From: Octopus bimaculoides | Taxonomy: Eukaryota | DNA length: 64,000 bases | Assembly: GCF_001194135.2 (NCBI RefSeq) | Contig: NC_068987.1 | Location: forward strand, 13,337,980 to 13,401,979 | Direction of reading: 5' to 3' | Part shown: piece by piece, positions 37,590-50,167 of the stretch | How positions within the stretch are numbered: position 1 is the stretch's first letter | How the letters are laid out: each line of letters starts with the position of its first letter | The notes under the pieces: generated by a model | Database searches by the model: none | What the model saw: the letters and a program-made list of their open reading frames with translations, nothing else | Told to the model about the DNA's origin: nothing | Made by a program: the position numbers and the translations under genes

Positions 37590-37765
37590 TAGTAACGTAG
37601 CTAGAGGTAGGTCGAGGGGCGGTCGACGCCGGGCGATGCCTTTTTGGTGGCAGCACTTTTCAGTTCGCTGTATAAACCTGAATAAGCTTCATTTGTCAAC
37701 CCTGGGTGGAGGACAGCAAACTTAAGTGTTGTTCTGGGCACACACACACACTAGCCACACCACTG
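37590..37765. mobile_element. hAT-type MITE
   Basis: Imperfect TIRs tagtaacgtagctag / ctagccacaccactg; 8-bp TSD catacatg / tatacatg. Confidence 0.75.
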
Positions 37766-38034
37766 TATACATGCGTAGATTCATATATGCAAACATACGT
37801 GTATAGAAATGTGTGTGCATGTAAGGTTATGTTTACAGTACGACTGCAAAAAGTATACGTATCAATATGGTCTCTTTCGTTTTTATAATTTAGAGTAATT
37901 TTTGACCGGCCACGTACTTGGTAGCAAGGTTATGAAGGAAAGTATTTTGTTTTGCCTGTCATCCTTTAAATCTTAAGGTCTTGCAAACTTTTATGGTCCC
38001 AGCATCTTGTTTTAACCATCATCCTTTAAATATT

Positions 38035-38429
38035 GTGGAGGCGCAATGGCCCAGTGGTTAGGGCAGCGGACTCGCGGTCATAGGATCGCGTTTTCGATTC
38101 CCAGACCGGGCGTTATGAGTGCTTATTGAGCGAAAACACCTAAAAGCTCCACGAGGCTCCGGCAGGGGATGGTGGCGAACCCTGCTGTACTCTTTCACCA
38201 CAACTTTCTCTCACTCTTACTTCCTGTTTCTGTTGTGCCTGTAATTCAAAAGGGCCAGCCTTGTCACACTGTGTCACGTTGAATATCCCCCCCCCCACCG
38301 AGAACTACGTTAAGGGTACACGTGTCTGCGGAGTGCTCAGCCACTTGCACGTTAATTTCACGAGCAGGCTGTTCCGTTGATCGAATCAACTGGAACTCTC
38401 GACGTCGTAAGCGACGGAGTGCCAACAAA
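38035..38429 (+). mobile_element. Full-length tRNA-derived SINE (family 3)
   Basis: Head ggaggcgcaatggcccagtggttagggcagcggactcgcgg...gttttcgattcccagacc; 12-bp TSD cctttaaatatt at 38023-38034 and 38430-38441. 3' fragments in reverse at about 47165-47260 and 53385-53505. Confidence 0.9.
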
Positions 38430-38697
38430 CCTTTAAATATTAATAAGGTCTTGCAGAATTTTATGGTACCAGAGAAAGTGTTCATTTCTAGCAGATGAAT
38501 TAAGGATTTGAATTTTCTCTCCAATATCCCAGGCTTAGCCATACTTTTGTTCCGGACGGGTTTGAAGTATGTATCCTTTTGTTCTAATATCAATAGGTAT
38601 GAAGTTGGAAGTGTATCTTGGATACTGGATTTCCAAACTCCTTATCAAAGATCTATATATGTCCTGCATGCATGTATACCTGTATGTATACATGAAA

Positions 38698-38833
38698 CAG
38701 GGGCGGACTGAGAATATTAAGGGCCCTCGGGCATAACTGTTTACCGGGATGTGTTTTAATTAGAGTTAACATGTAGAGTGCGGGCCTCTCAGAGCTCCAG
38801 TGCATGATTGACCGACGGCTTAGTCTGCCCCTG
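38698..38833. mobile_element. hAT-type MITE
   Basis: TIRs caggggcggactgag / cttagtctgcccctg; 8-bp TSD acatgaaa / gcatgaaa. Confidence 0.8.
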
Positions 38834-39504
38834 GCATGAAATAAGCATGCCACTCTTTATATGCTCAACAAATTCAATAGCTACAAAGAACTAGCTCTAC
38901 TAATTTGCATATCTCTTTATTTAATATCAGAAACTTGTCAACAGGACTCTCTTGTTATATTCGAATGTACGCGAGCCAAAGAATTTTACTTTTTTTTTTT
39001 CAGGATGATCCTGATACAAAGTGGAGCAAAGAAATCCCTTAGACAAGCCACACAGTGATTTGTTTAAAGTGGTGATGACTTGTGTGGGGCCATCCACGTT
39101 TATTTGGTCTGCTGATAGCAGCAGTTAGTACAGGTATGCCACGAAACTGATGAACAGCAGACGTCACTTGGATGGTCATTGACTCTCATGAGTTCGTCTG
39201 CTCTTTGCTGGATGTTGCTTTTCACCCCGCAGGGTGTCCAATAATCATCATCCTCACCAAACAAGCTTGCTGGGGTTGGCGATTTTAAGCCGACGACCCG
39301 ACCATGTATGTGACAAGCAGCGGTGGGTTACATGTTACCAATAACACTGGGCAGCGACCTCAAATACGCGCGCGCGCACATAATTAAAATCTGTGCGGCA
39401 CAGGGGAACAACAAAGGAACATACGGAAATACAGGACAAAAAACACAAAAAAAACCCACAACGGACGCGAACATGTTCAATCCTTCTTCGGTTATCGACC
39501 AAAC

Positions 39505-40167
39505 GGATCTATTTTAAAACGGGGGCGCCAGTATTTTCTTAACGAAACACTAACGAAACACTTTGAAACTTGGGACACTGGTAGAATGTGTCATATAAAA
39601 CATCTTTTACTCTTAGTCTTCTTAACAAAAAAAAAAGGAATTCGCAAGTTATTCCATGTTAAAGTTGTCGTATTTCTGTAATTTCAACCAATCACTGACG
39701 TCTATTCAGCTCAATAGAGTTACTGTTGGGCGGTCATTAAAATGTTATTCCCTGTGACATATTTCATCCGGTTTAATCGTAATTTATACGCATATATTGT
39801 TTATATAATAAATTACGCTGTGCGTATCTATGTGTGTAACAATTTTAGAGTTCGGATTCTAGAGTCAGGGTTAGTTTTAGGGTTAGGGTTAGGGTTACGG
39901 TTATGGTTAACAGTCTAGTTAGGGTTAGGGGATTAATACGATATACACCGTTACAGCGCTAACTGTTTTCAACTGAATAGACGTCAGTGATTAGTAGAAA
40001 TTATCGAAATAAGACAATTTTTTACATGAAATAAATTCGAATACAACATTTTTTTTCTGTTCTATAACACAAAATAGATAAGTATACGAAGTTTGAAAGT
40101 CTTTCCGTACCAAAAACACTACATAAAACATAAATGAAAACTGGCGCCCCCGTTTTAAAATAGATCC
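39505..40167. mobile_element. Non-autonomous DNA transposon with 28-bp perfect TIRs, long imperfect subterminal IRs and internal TTAGGG repeats
   Basis: GGATCTATTTTAAAACGGGGGCGCCAGT at 39505-39532 and its exact reverse complement at 40140-40167; internal IR aatcactgacgtctattcag / ctgaatagacgtcagtgatt. Confidence 0.85.
39846..39931 (+). repeat. Interstitial telomere-like (TTAGGG)n with variants
   Basis: ttaggg x3, ttacgg, ttatgg, then ttaggg x2, inside the MITE at 39505-40167. Confidence 0.85.
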
Positions 40168-42628
40168 CACATACACATAATATAATTGTAATTATATTTA
40201 TATTTACACAAATAGACATATTCACACACAGACGCGCGCGCGCACATTGTTTTCTTGTTTATTCAGCGTTATCGTCTCTTTGATGTCCTTATCTAACTCG
40301 AAATACTTATTATTCTACTACATTACCTTCATTATAGATTTCTTTGAAGTGTTTCTATAATTGTTAAAATAAGTTTAATACAATATATTATTTCTTTGAG
40401 ACAGACAGTAACCGAGACAGCTAAGCAGCTTTGAGAAAAAAGAAAACCTATTCGGGATTTATTTTATTGTAAGAATACTCTCAAATTTGAATCACCAAAT
40501 ATGCATACTCGCTTAAATGTGAGTATCTTAAAACTCCATATATAGATACACAAATTTTTTTTATTTTTCATTTTCCAAAAAAAAAAAAAAAAAAAAGGAA
40601 TCAGAATTAAAAGCAGGAGTGTGTATAATGCATGTTATAAGGCAGCTAATTTTCCCCTCATCCACATTTATTAAGCAAAAACAATAATGTAATAAAACTA
40701 ATATATTTAAGATTATTTTATCATATATCAATATTTTGTTATCATTAAAGGCGGTGAGCTGGTAGAATCGAAATGCTTAGTGGCAATTCGTCCGGCTTTC
40801 GTTCTGAGTTCAAATTCCGCTGAGGTCGACTTAACCTTTCATTCTATCGAGGTCGATAAAATAAGTACCATTTGAGCATCGGGGTCGATGTAATCGACTT
40901 ACCCCCTGCCCAGAAATTGCTGGCCTGAACCAAAAATTTGAAACTAATATCTATTATAAGATCAAGATCGTGAGATCGTGGTTTCGATTCTCGGACCGGA
41001 TGATGCGTTGTGTTCTTGTGAAAAACACTTCATTTTCACGTTGTTCTGCAATCACTTTGACAACTAACGTGTGATACACTGTACACCTCTACAGGTAATA
41101 TGGATTTGATGGAGGGAATGATCTAATATACAGCACAAGTCAACTGTGCAGATCAATCACTAAGAAATTGCGGAATCGCCTTTCTCAGATTCGAGAAACT
41201 ACCAAGAAGAAGACGGCGATATCAATCCCACAAAACTATTATATTTTAGACATACAATGCTCTACGAGTCACTGTTCCGAAAGGATGAAAGGCAAAGTTG
41301 ACCTTGGTGGAATTTGAACTCAGAACGTAAAAGACAGGCGAAATGTCGCTGCCTGGCGTGCTAACGATTTTGCCAGTACGCCACTAATAATGTTTCTAGC
41401 AAATGCACAAGGCCTGAATTTTGGGGTATGGGGTTAGGAGATTGAATTGATACTGGTACTTTATCTTATTGACCCCCGAAGGGATGAAAAGGAAAGCTGA
41501 CCTGGGTGAAATTTTAACTCAGAACTTTTAGGAGCCAAGACAGATACCGCAAAGCGTTTTGTCCATAATACAAAACATGCCACATACAAAAGAGGGTCAG
41601 AAAACATAGGGGGATGTACGTATGTGTGGGTGTATGTTTTAGTACGCACGCGTGTGTATACATACAGAGACAGAGACAGGCAGAAATTAATGACAAAGAA
41701 GTTACAAACATTTATAGTTATGTAATTTTAGCCAATCAAAAGCGTCCGTTGCCAACATATTGGTTGTCGTAAGTGTCTGTCATAATGGAAATCAGCAAAG
41801 ACAAAGGTAAGACAGCGAAGACGAAACCTTTACGTCACTCGGCTGCTAGAAATAGCAGCAACATTTTCCCTAAGCTACATCATAACGTCTAAAAATTAAA
41901 AAGACGACATATTATATAACATAGTTGGAGGTACTGGGTTTTTTTTTCATTCATAATTAGAGCAGCAATGTGTCATAATGTGCTCCTAAATTCATAGCGA
42001 CAATAAATATGTTTATTATATGTAATCATAAACACAATACTGAGCATGTGTTTGTTGTCAATACATACAATGTGTTTATGATTACATAAAACACACACAT
42101 ACACACACACGACACATACGTTCTGTTCAATTCAAAGCACTTGATTAATCAAAAGTATAGGAGACGGGAAAAAATTGTCTGGGAACGAATAGACAAACGA
42201 ACGTGCGTTACGTATCATCTATGAGCTGAAATTTCTACAGAAGATGTATTTATATAAACCACTCACTGATCAATCAATAACTCAATCAATGAATTTTGAT
42301 AGAGAGAGACAGCTCTGTATTATATAATTGATCAGATCTACAAAAGAAAAATCGGTGATGAAGTGTACAACTAACTATGAACTGATGAATGGGTGAAATC
42401 GTTATATAATACCTAGAAACAATGTAATATCAGGTACAGGCACAGGCGTAGTTGTGGCGTTAAGAAGCTTGCTTCCCAATCACGTAGCCTTGGGTTCGGA
42501 CCCACAGTGTGGCAACTCGGTGTAATGAATGACCATGGGATTGCACTTAGAAGCTTGCTTCTCAACTACGTAACCTTGGGTTCGATCCCACTGTGTGACA
42601 ACTCGGTATAATGAATGACCATAGGATT

Positions 42629-42783
42629 CACTAGCGTGGCTGGGTGCGGTAGGGGCGATCCACCTCGGGCGGCACTTTTCCTCTTGTTGTAGGCTATTGC
42701 TGTGGGTTATGTGTTTTTTGTGGGGTCCGGGGCGGCAAACGGAAGGGCCACTCCTCGTGGGACACAATCTAGCTACGCTAGTG
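42629..42783. mobile_element. hAT-type MITE inserted in a family 4 SINE tail
   Basis: 13-bp TIRs cactagcgtggct / agctacgctagtg; 8-bp TSD ataggatt / atgggatt. Confidence 0.8.
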
Positions 42784-43762
42784 ATGGGATTGCACTTAGA
42801 AAGTTACCTTCCGAAACACAAGTCCGGGCAAGGTTGTTTATGGAAGACCAGCAGTCGCCCATGCATACCAGCCTCTCCTCTCCACACCACCCATGTCATC
42901 CAATGGAAAGGCAAAGGCCAATACAGTTTGGTACCAGCGAGACGTCACAACTCATTTCTACAGCTGAGTGAACTGGAACCACATGAAATAAAGTGTTTTG
43001 CTCAAGAACACAACACACAGCCTGGTCTGGGAATCAAACTCACTACCTCATGATTGTGAGTGAGCTCAGTGCTCTTACAACTGAGTCATGTGCTAATAGC
43101 CTCAAGCCAACTAATGCCTTCTGAGTGGATTTGGCAGACGGAAATTGAAAGTAGTTTATCGTATGTGTGCGAGCGTGCGTGCGTGCATGTGTTTGTTCCC
43201 CGACTCCGCTTAACAACTGCTTCTTGATTTGTTTACATACTCATAACTTACTGGTTCAGCAAAAGAGACCAATAGAATAAATAACAGGCTTCAAAAAGAA
43301 AAGAAAAAAACAGTCCTGGGATCAATCTGTTCGACTAAAACCTTCTAGGCGATGCACCAGCATGGCCAGAGTCCAATGGTCGAAACAAGTAAAAGATAAA
43401 AAAGATAAAAACTGACCACGGCCAATTGAAAGCAATATTGAACTGAAACAAATTCAAAACTGAATTTAGTACAGTGAGGGACTCTACAAGTAGAACACTT
43501 AACAAAATCCGCCGCCATGACAAAAGAGTTATTAAGCAAAGCTTGTCGTGTCATCATCATCATCGTTTATGGAGGCAGGTTTTTCTGTGGCCGGATGCGC
43601 TTCCTGTCACCAACCGTCACTTGTATTCAAGGAAGCTAATATTTTCTCACGGCCAGACATGTTTTCTCAGTTCATTGGAAAATTAATGGCATTCAATTAC
43701 CACAATCATGCGATTTCAATGCAAAGCAATACAATCACTGGTGCGCACACACACACACATAC

Positions 43763-44009
43763 ACGAAGGGCTGCTGAAAAGTTCCTGACTTTGGGTAAAA
43801 GAAAATACAGGAGGATCAGTTATTTATGATTTTATTGAACATATTCCCCTCTCAGATTCACACACTTATTGCAGTGGCCCTTAGAAAAACTGAAGGACCG
43901 CTGCAAAAAGTGTGTGAATCTGAGAGGAATGTGTTGTATAGAATCATACTTAACTGATCCTCCTGTATTTTCTTTTACCCAAAGTCAAGAACTTTTCAGC
44001 ATCCCCTCC
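43763..44009. mobile_element. Mariner-type fold-back MITE
   Basis: About 120-bp inverted arms (acgaagggctgctgaaaagttcctgactttggg... / ...cccaaagtcaagaacttttcagcatcccctcc) around a 10-nt spacer at 43883-43892. Confidence 0.85.
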
Positions 44010-47000
44010 AATTAGGCCTTTAAAATTTAGGATTTAAAATTTCAGATTTATGGAGAGTCGTGTGTGTGTTCGTTCACCACTGATTGACAACTCTAGGGAC
44101 TGTAAGTCTAAAACTGCTATAGGTGATAGGTCCTCCTTAGCCGCATGGATTACTAGTGATAGATTAACTAATCCTCAGTAAGTGAGGCGCTTGAAGTATT
44201 TGTTATATTTTTATCTAGAACATGATTTAGGGGGAGATAGTGACAAAGTCGTGTCGCTCTAATAAAACTCACATCTAAGTGCAGTTTAGTCATGGCCAGG
44301 ACATATAGCAGCAAAGTATATGTGTACGTGTGTGTTAGAGACAGACAGAGAGAGAGTGTGTGTGTGATTATTATCGGAATAAGCATTTTGTATCTACACA
44401 AAAAAAAAATTATTGAGTGTAAAGGAACTAGCAAAGTGCTCGATAAAAGCGAAGACTAACAGATTTAGAGTAATAATGGTTTCAAATTTCTGCACAAGAC
44501 CAGCAATTTCGAGGATGGGCCATATCGATTTTATCGACCCCGACCTCACAAAGATGAAAAGTAAAAGTCGACCTCGGTGGAATTTGAACTCTGAACGAAA
44601 AACCGGACGAAATACTGCTACGGTTTTTGCCCGGCGCGGTAACGATTCTGCCAGCTTGCCAACTTATTATATATATTTTTTTATATATATAAATATTATC
44701 AGTGATAGAAAGGATGAATAAGTAGGGGGCATTGTTTTTGTAAGTTCTGATCTAATATATAGATGTGCGCTACGGGGTAAATGTAAACATAGAAAGAATC
44801 AAAAGTGAACCATTACAAAAAGAAGTTAATTAGCACGACTATTCAGCAACAAAATAACACAAAAGGTCTCCCAAATTGGGGTACAACCATATAGGAAGAT
44901 TTGGGGCACACTGCTACACACACACACTTGTTCTCCCTTTCTATTGCAGACAATATTTATGTAAGGAAATAAGGTGGTGAATTATCAAAATACTTAGTGA
45001 CATTTTGTGTTTTTTTACATTCTAAGCTCAAATTACCTCAAGGTCGATTTTTGCCTTTCATCATTTCGGGGTCGATAAAATATGTACCAGTTGAGCACTG
45101 GAGTCGATGTTTCTGACTAAACCCCTCCGCCCAATTTGCTGCCTTTGTGCCAAAATTTGAAACCGGTAGGCATTTTGGACCTAGAACGTAAAATAGATGA
45201 AATGCTATTGAGCATTTTGGCCGGCGAGCTAACGATTCTGCCAGCTCACAGCCTTGATTTGGAATAATAATAAAATTGATATGTATGTAAATCAATTTAT
45301 GTATTGAAATAAATACATAATGTAATTTTCCCCACCACCACCACCACCACCCTGAACACAATACTATCTCTGGCAGTCGGACATTCATAGAACATTTGGC
45401 TGCTAGAATCATGATTATGTATTATGGACATGTGACGCCTTCGTCAATGCGACTTTTAAGCTAGCTCCTGCGAAAAGCTAAAGGTAGCTAAATAGTATGA
45501 CTTTAATACGTCTATAATGACTATATGCTCTGCTGATGTTTGATGAGAGGTAAGGATGGATGAGAATTACTTCTGTAATGCAATTATTCTATTGTTCCAG
45601 TCCCAAGTTGAATTCTAACTGTTGGCCAATTTGTCCCAAAGTTCTTATCTCGACGTAAAATTAATGAAGCAAACGTCATTTCTCTTCCCCTCCCTTGATC
45701 TCTGACGTTACCTAACAAACGCCAACCAAGATGGCGTGAATCAGTCAAGCTTTACTTGCTAGAAATAGCATTCCAAATGCTTTGAAATCAGATCCCAATG
45801 CTGGATGTTCAAGAACCAAATGAATGGCAGGTTTTCAATCCCGGGATCATCCTGATTCCAAAAGGGCATAATGTGTCTATGTAGAGCAAATGTAAACTAA
45901 GATACAGGGCGAAATGCTTAGCGGTATTTCGCCTGTCGCTACGTTCCGAGTTCAAATTCCGCCGAGGTCGACTTCGCCTTTCATTCTTTCGGGGTCAATA
46001 AATTAAGTACCAGTTGCGTACTAGGGTCGATATAATCGACACATCCCCTCCCCCCAAACTGTTGTCCTTGTGGCAAGATTTGAAACCATTATTATTATTA
46101 TATGCAATCATGCATATATACATACATCATAAGCATATATATGGATATATACATACATATACTATTTCTTTTACTAGGAGTGTATAAGTGATTTCGTCGG
46201 ACTTCGAAGTTACTGTCATTCCTCTCCTTGTAGTATATGAATGCATCTTACAAGAACTATTGAAAAGTTCTTCGGTTCGATGTAAATTTTTTTTTTTTTT
46301 TTTTTCACAATTCTACTTAAAAACAGATAGACGGACAATAAATGTAGAGAGAAAGAGACAGACAGACAGATATGAAGCGGCTTATATACATCCATTATAA
46401 TATTCTTTACTACTCTAGACACAAGGTCCGAAATTTTTTTGTGGGGGGGGGGCAGTCGATTAGATCGACCCCACTACGCAATTGGTACTTAATTTATCGA
46501 CCCCGAAAGGATGAAAGGCAAAGTCGACCTCGGCAGAATTTGAACTCAGAACGTAAAGACAGACGAAATACTGCTAAGCATTTCGCACATCATTATAATA
46601 TTGAAACCTGAGATTTAAGGGCGGAGAGAAACTTCACGTTCGTTGAACCCGCTCGCTAATCGTTTTGCAAGCATTCAATAAAGAATACGCCTGCATATAT
46701 TAAAAACTAAATTAGAAGTTAGAGAAACTTTACAAAAGAGAATCAAGGAGTGAATACGTGGGCAAAACACAAACTTCGTCGTTTATATATATATATATAT
46801 ATATCGTTTTTATATCGTATCTGTATACATAAATTCAACATTCTTTGTGGCAAATGGTGTTCGGTTTTTTTTTTTGTTTTTTTCAAGTTGTTCTTTTTTT
46901 AATCTTTAAAAGTTTACTAAAAAAAGGGTAATATAACTGTAATTTAGATTAATTTTCCATTCCGATATGCTGACAGTTAATTCCCATAGTTAAAAGTATA

Positions 47001-48941
47001 TAATCAACCAAACACACACTATTATTATTATTATTATTATTATTATGAATAATAATAATAATATAACGTGTCGTACACACATGCATATCTGAAAAGTGAC
47101 AATAATTATGTCTGAAAAAAAAAAAACTAATCGTTATCATAAATAACTATTAACAACAACAACAATTGCTACTGCAAAGTATGGTGGATTTCCGTCGTTT
47201 CACGACGAGGATTCGGTGGTTCGAACAACTAAATAACCTGCTCTTGAATTAAACGTCTAAGTGACATACCCTAAATGCTTTTCTCAAGCAAGATCATAGC
47301 TTTGTGGGCAAACCTTCGGTATTGGTAGACGACATCATTTTATAGCATAGGCTGAAAAAGAACGTGAATTACGTCATCTCCTCATACCGACACTCTGGAG
47401 ACCAATACCGAAAGACCGCTAACTTGTGTGTCACGAAGCTGTAGCTTTTTAATTACAAGTACAATCCACTCAGCGGGCTTCAATACAGTTTCTGTCAACT
47501 CAGTTTCACTCATAAGGTACGAGTCGATCAAGGGATATAGAAAATAACATAGCGGCATCGAACCTGGAACCTCAGGGAATGCGAAGTAGAAGCAACTGTT
47601 AATGTTAATGTATGCCTACATAATACATACATACATACATACATATGTATATATAAAAATATATATAATGTACACACACACGTGTGTGTGTGTTTGCCCC
47701 CACCCCCCACCAATTAATAACCGGTGTTAGCGTATTTACAAATAGAATAAGTACCAGTGTTAAAAAATGTACTAAGGTCGATTTCATTCGACTAAAATTC
47801 TTCAAGGTGGTGCCACAGAATGGCCGCAGTCTAATGATTGAAACAAGTAAAAGAATTAAAAAATAGATACATACACATATATTTATATATATCTCTCACA
47901 CATACACAAAGTATATTTGATAAAGTAAAACAAAACTTACTTGACTTCCAGGAAAAAAGAAAAACGCAGGCTCAACCTCTTTTAAACGGCTTTCCGCTGT
48001 CGTTTGGATAACAATGTCGCTTTTTGTTTAAGACCTCAAAAGTTATCAAAAGACTCTTGTTAACATTCCAGCTTTATGATTCCATCCGAGGTACGAGGGA
48101 GGAAGTGTCGACAGCTCTTTTCACATACGTACGTTTGCGTGAATATTGCTTTTCCAATGCACGTTGACAGCATCTATAGAGTGCAAGTGCAAGCTGATTG
48201 CATGCTCATTCGAATCAGATTGAATGCGAAAATGCGAAACTCATTGAACCATTTGAATTCTCACGTCCTTGCAAGACTATGTTGGAAATGGTTCTTGTCC
48301 GTTACATGTCGGCTTTGTTTTTAAAATACCGTTAGTTTCTCTGATGGCTGTAGATGGATTTAAATGAAGTTTTGTATGTAATATATCCACAGTTCGATCA
48401 ACACGTAACATGCATAATGCGTGTGTGCGTGAATTTGTGAGTGTGCATGTGTATGAAAGAGAGAGAGAGACAGAAGGAGAGGGTAAGAAGATGAAAGAAG
48501 GACTTAAAGAGATGAAAGGATGAAAGAAAAGAGAGAGGGAGGAGGGGGTAGAGACACAGGTAGATTAAAGCTGGCATCCGTGTTCACCTTGTCAAGTAAA
48601 TATGTGTGTTTAGCGTGCTTGTGTGTGTGTGAGTGCGGTTGTGCGTGTAAGCCCATACGGTAGGACATTCATAATTTCACTGTCTCACAGAGATTTATGA
48701 ACAATAACCACGAAGAAGCGAGCTTAATTGAACATACTAATCTGTACACCTGTATACACGCATCAAGTTCTCTTTACTTATTATACCTCTCCTCCTCTCC
48801 TTTTTCTGATGACACGCACACAAATAATACATATATACACACACACAGGTGTATGCATATATAGATAGATAGATAGATAGATAGATAAATAGATAGATGT
48901 GTATATACGTATAAATATACATATACATATAAGTATATATA

Positions 48942-48981
<40 letters not shown>

Positions 48982-49537
48982 NNNNNNNNNNNNNNNNNNN
49001 NNNNNNNNNNNNNNNNNNNNNNNNNNNNNNNNNNNNNNNNNNNNNNNNNNNNNNNNNNNNNNNNNNNNNNNNNNNNNNNNNNNNNNNNNNNNNNNNNNNN
49101 NNNNNNNNNNNNNNNNNNNNNNNNNNNNNNNNNNNNNNNNNNNNNNNNNNNNNNNNNNNNNNNNNNNNNNNNNNNNNNNNNNNNNNNNNNNNNNNNNNNN
49201 NNNNNNNNNNNNNNNNNNNNNNNNNNNNNNNNNNNNNNNNNNNNNNNNNNNNNNNNNNNNNNTATGTGTGTGTATGTGTATGTGTGTGTAATTATGTCTT
49301 TATGACATATTCGAAATTCTTCTTGTCCTTTCTTTTTCCTACATATAGAGACATTGTTGCCACATCTCTAAATCTCTAATTCTTAATTAAAACAGACTAC
49401 ATTCGGTATAAAAAAAAAAGAAATTAAATGATTTAAGATTAGTGCTAAAGAATACGTGTGTCAATGTATGTGTGTGAGTGTGTAGTATTGTTTTGTCGAG
49501 GAAAAGAAAAGAGGACTTGAGATTATAGTTGAGATTA

Positions 49538-49660
49538 ATATTTTATTTTGGCCGAGTTAGTCTCTTGCCACTTACTCTGAGTTTCGCAAATGTCTGAAGA
49601 CCCTACGCGTCAACAGGCGAAGCTCGGAGAAGCAAGAGACTGACTCAACCAAAATAATAT
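49538..49660. repeat. Inverted repeat (about 45-50-bp arms) with a hammerhead core in the loop
   Basis: Arms 49538-49587 and 49617-49660; loop aaatgt CTGAAGA ccctacgcgtcaacag. Confidence 0.85.
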
Positions 49661-49939
49661 ACATATATGGATATTTAGATGATTGGTTGGTCAGAGAGTG
49701 ACCATTGGTTCCACATCTATAAAGCGCTTAGCTAGATAGGCGACTCGCCATACTCAAGTGGCCAGAGGCACATAACCTAGAGAGAGAGAGAGAGAGAGAG
49801 ATCAGTTACACGGTTCCTTAGAATCTAGGTATATCAACGTGAAGGAAGCCAGGAATAGCTGGGTGCTTAGTATTGATTGAGCCTACCGTACTTTAAAGCG
49901 ACTCTTAGTTGTCGAAAGTTGGTAGTGTACTGTTGGTAG

Positions 49940-50002
<63 letters not shown>

Positions 50003-50136
50003 TTCTCGAGCTATATAAATATACTAATAAATATATACGTAGGTACCAGATCCAATATAAACCGTAGATTCAACACAGGACTGGTTCCACGTATGTGTAA
50101 AAGAAGAACACAAGAGAGGTTCAAAATTCATTTGTG

Positions 50137-50167
<31 letters not shown>

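Noticed and set aside
38035-38110. tRNA gene
   Set aside because: The tRNA-like head continues into a 395-bp element with a TSD; it is a SINE. The same applies to the other tRNA-like heads.
39846-39931. Relic chromosome end or fusion site
   Set aside because: The tract is short, degenerate, single-orientation and enclosed by transposon TIRs.
45727-45737. YY1-like CAAGATGGCG as a promoter element
   Set aside because: A single short motif beside repeat-derived sequence, with no linked exon.
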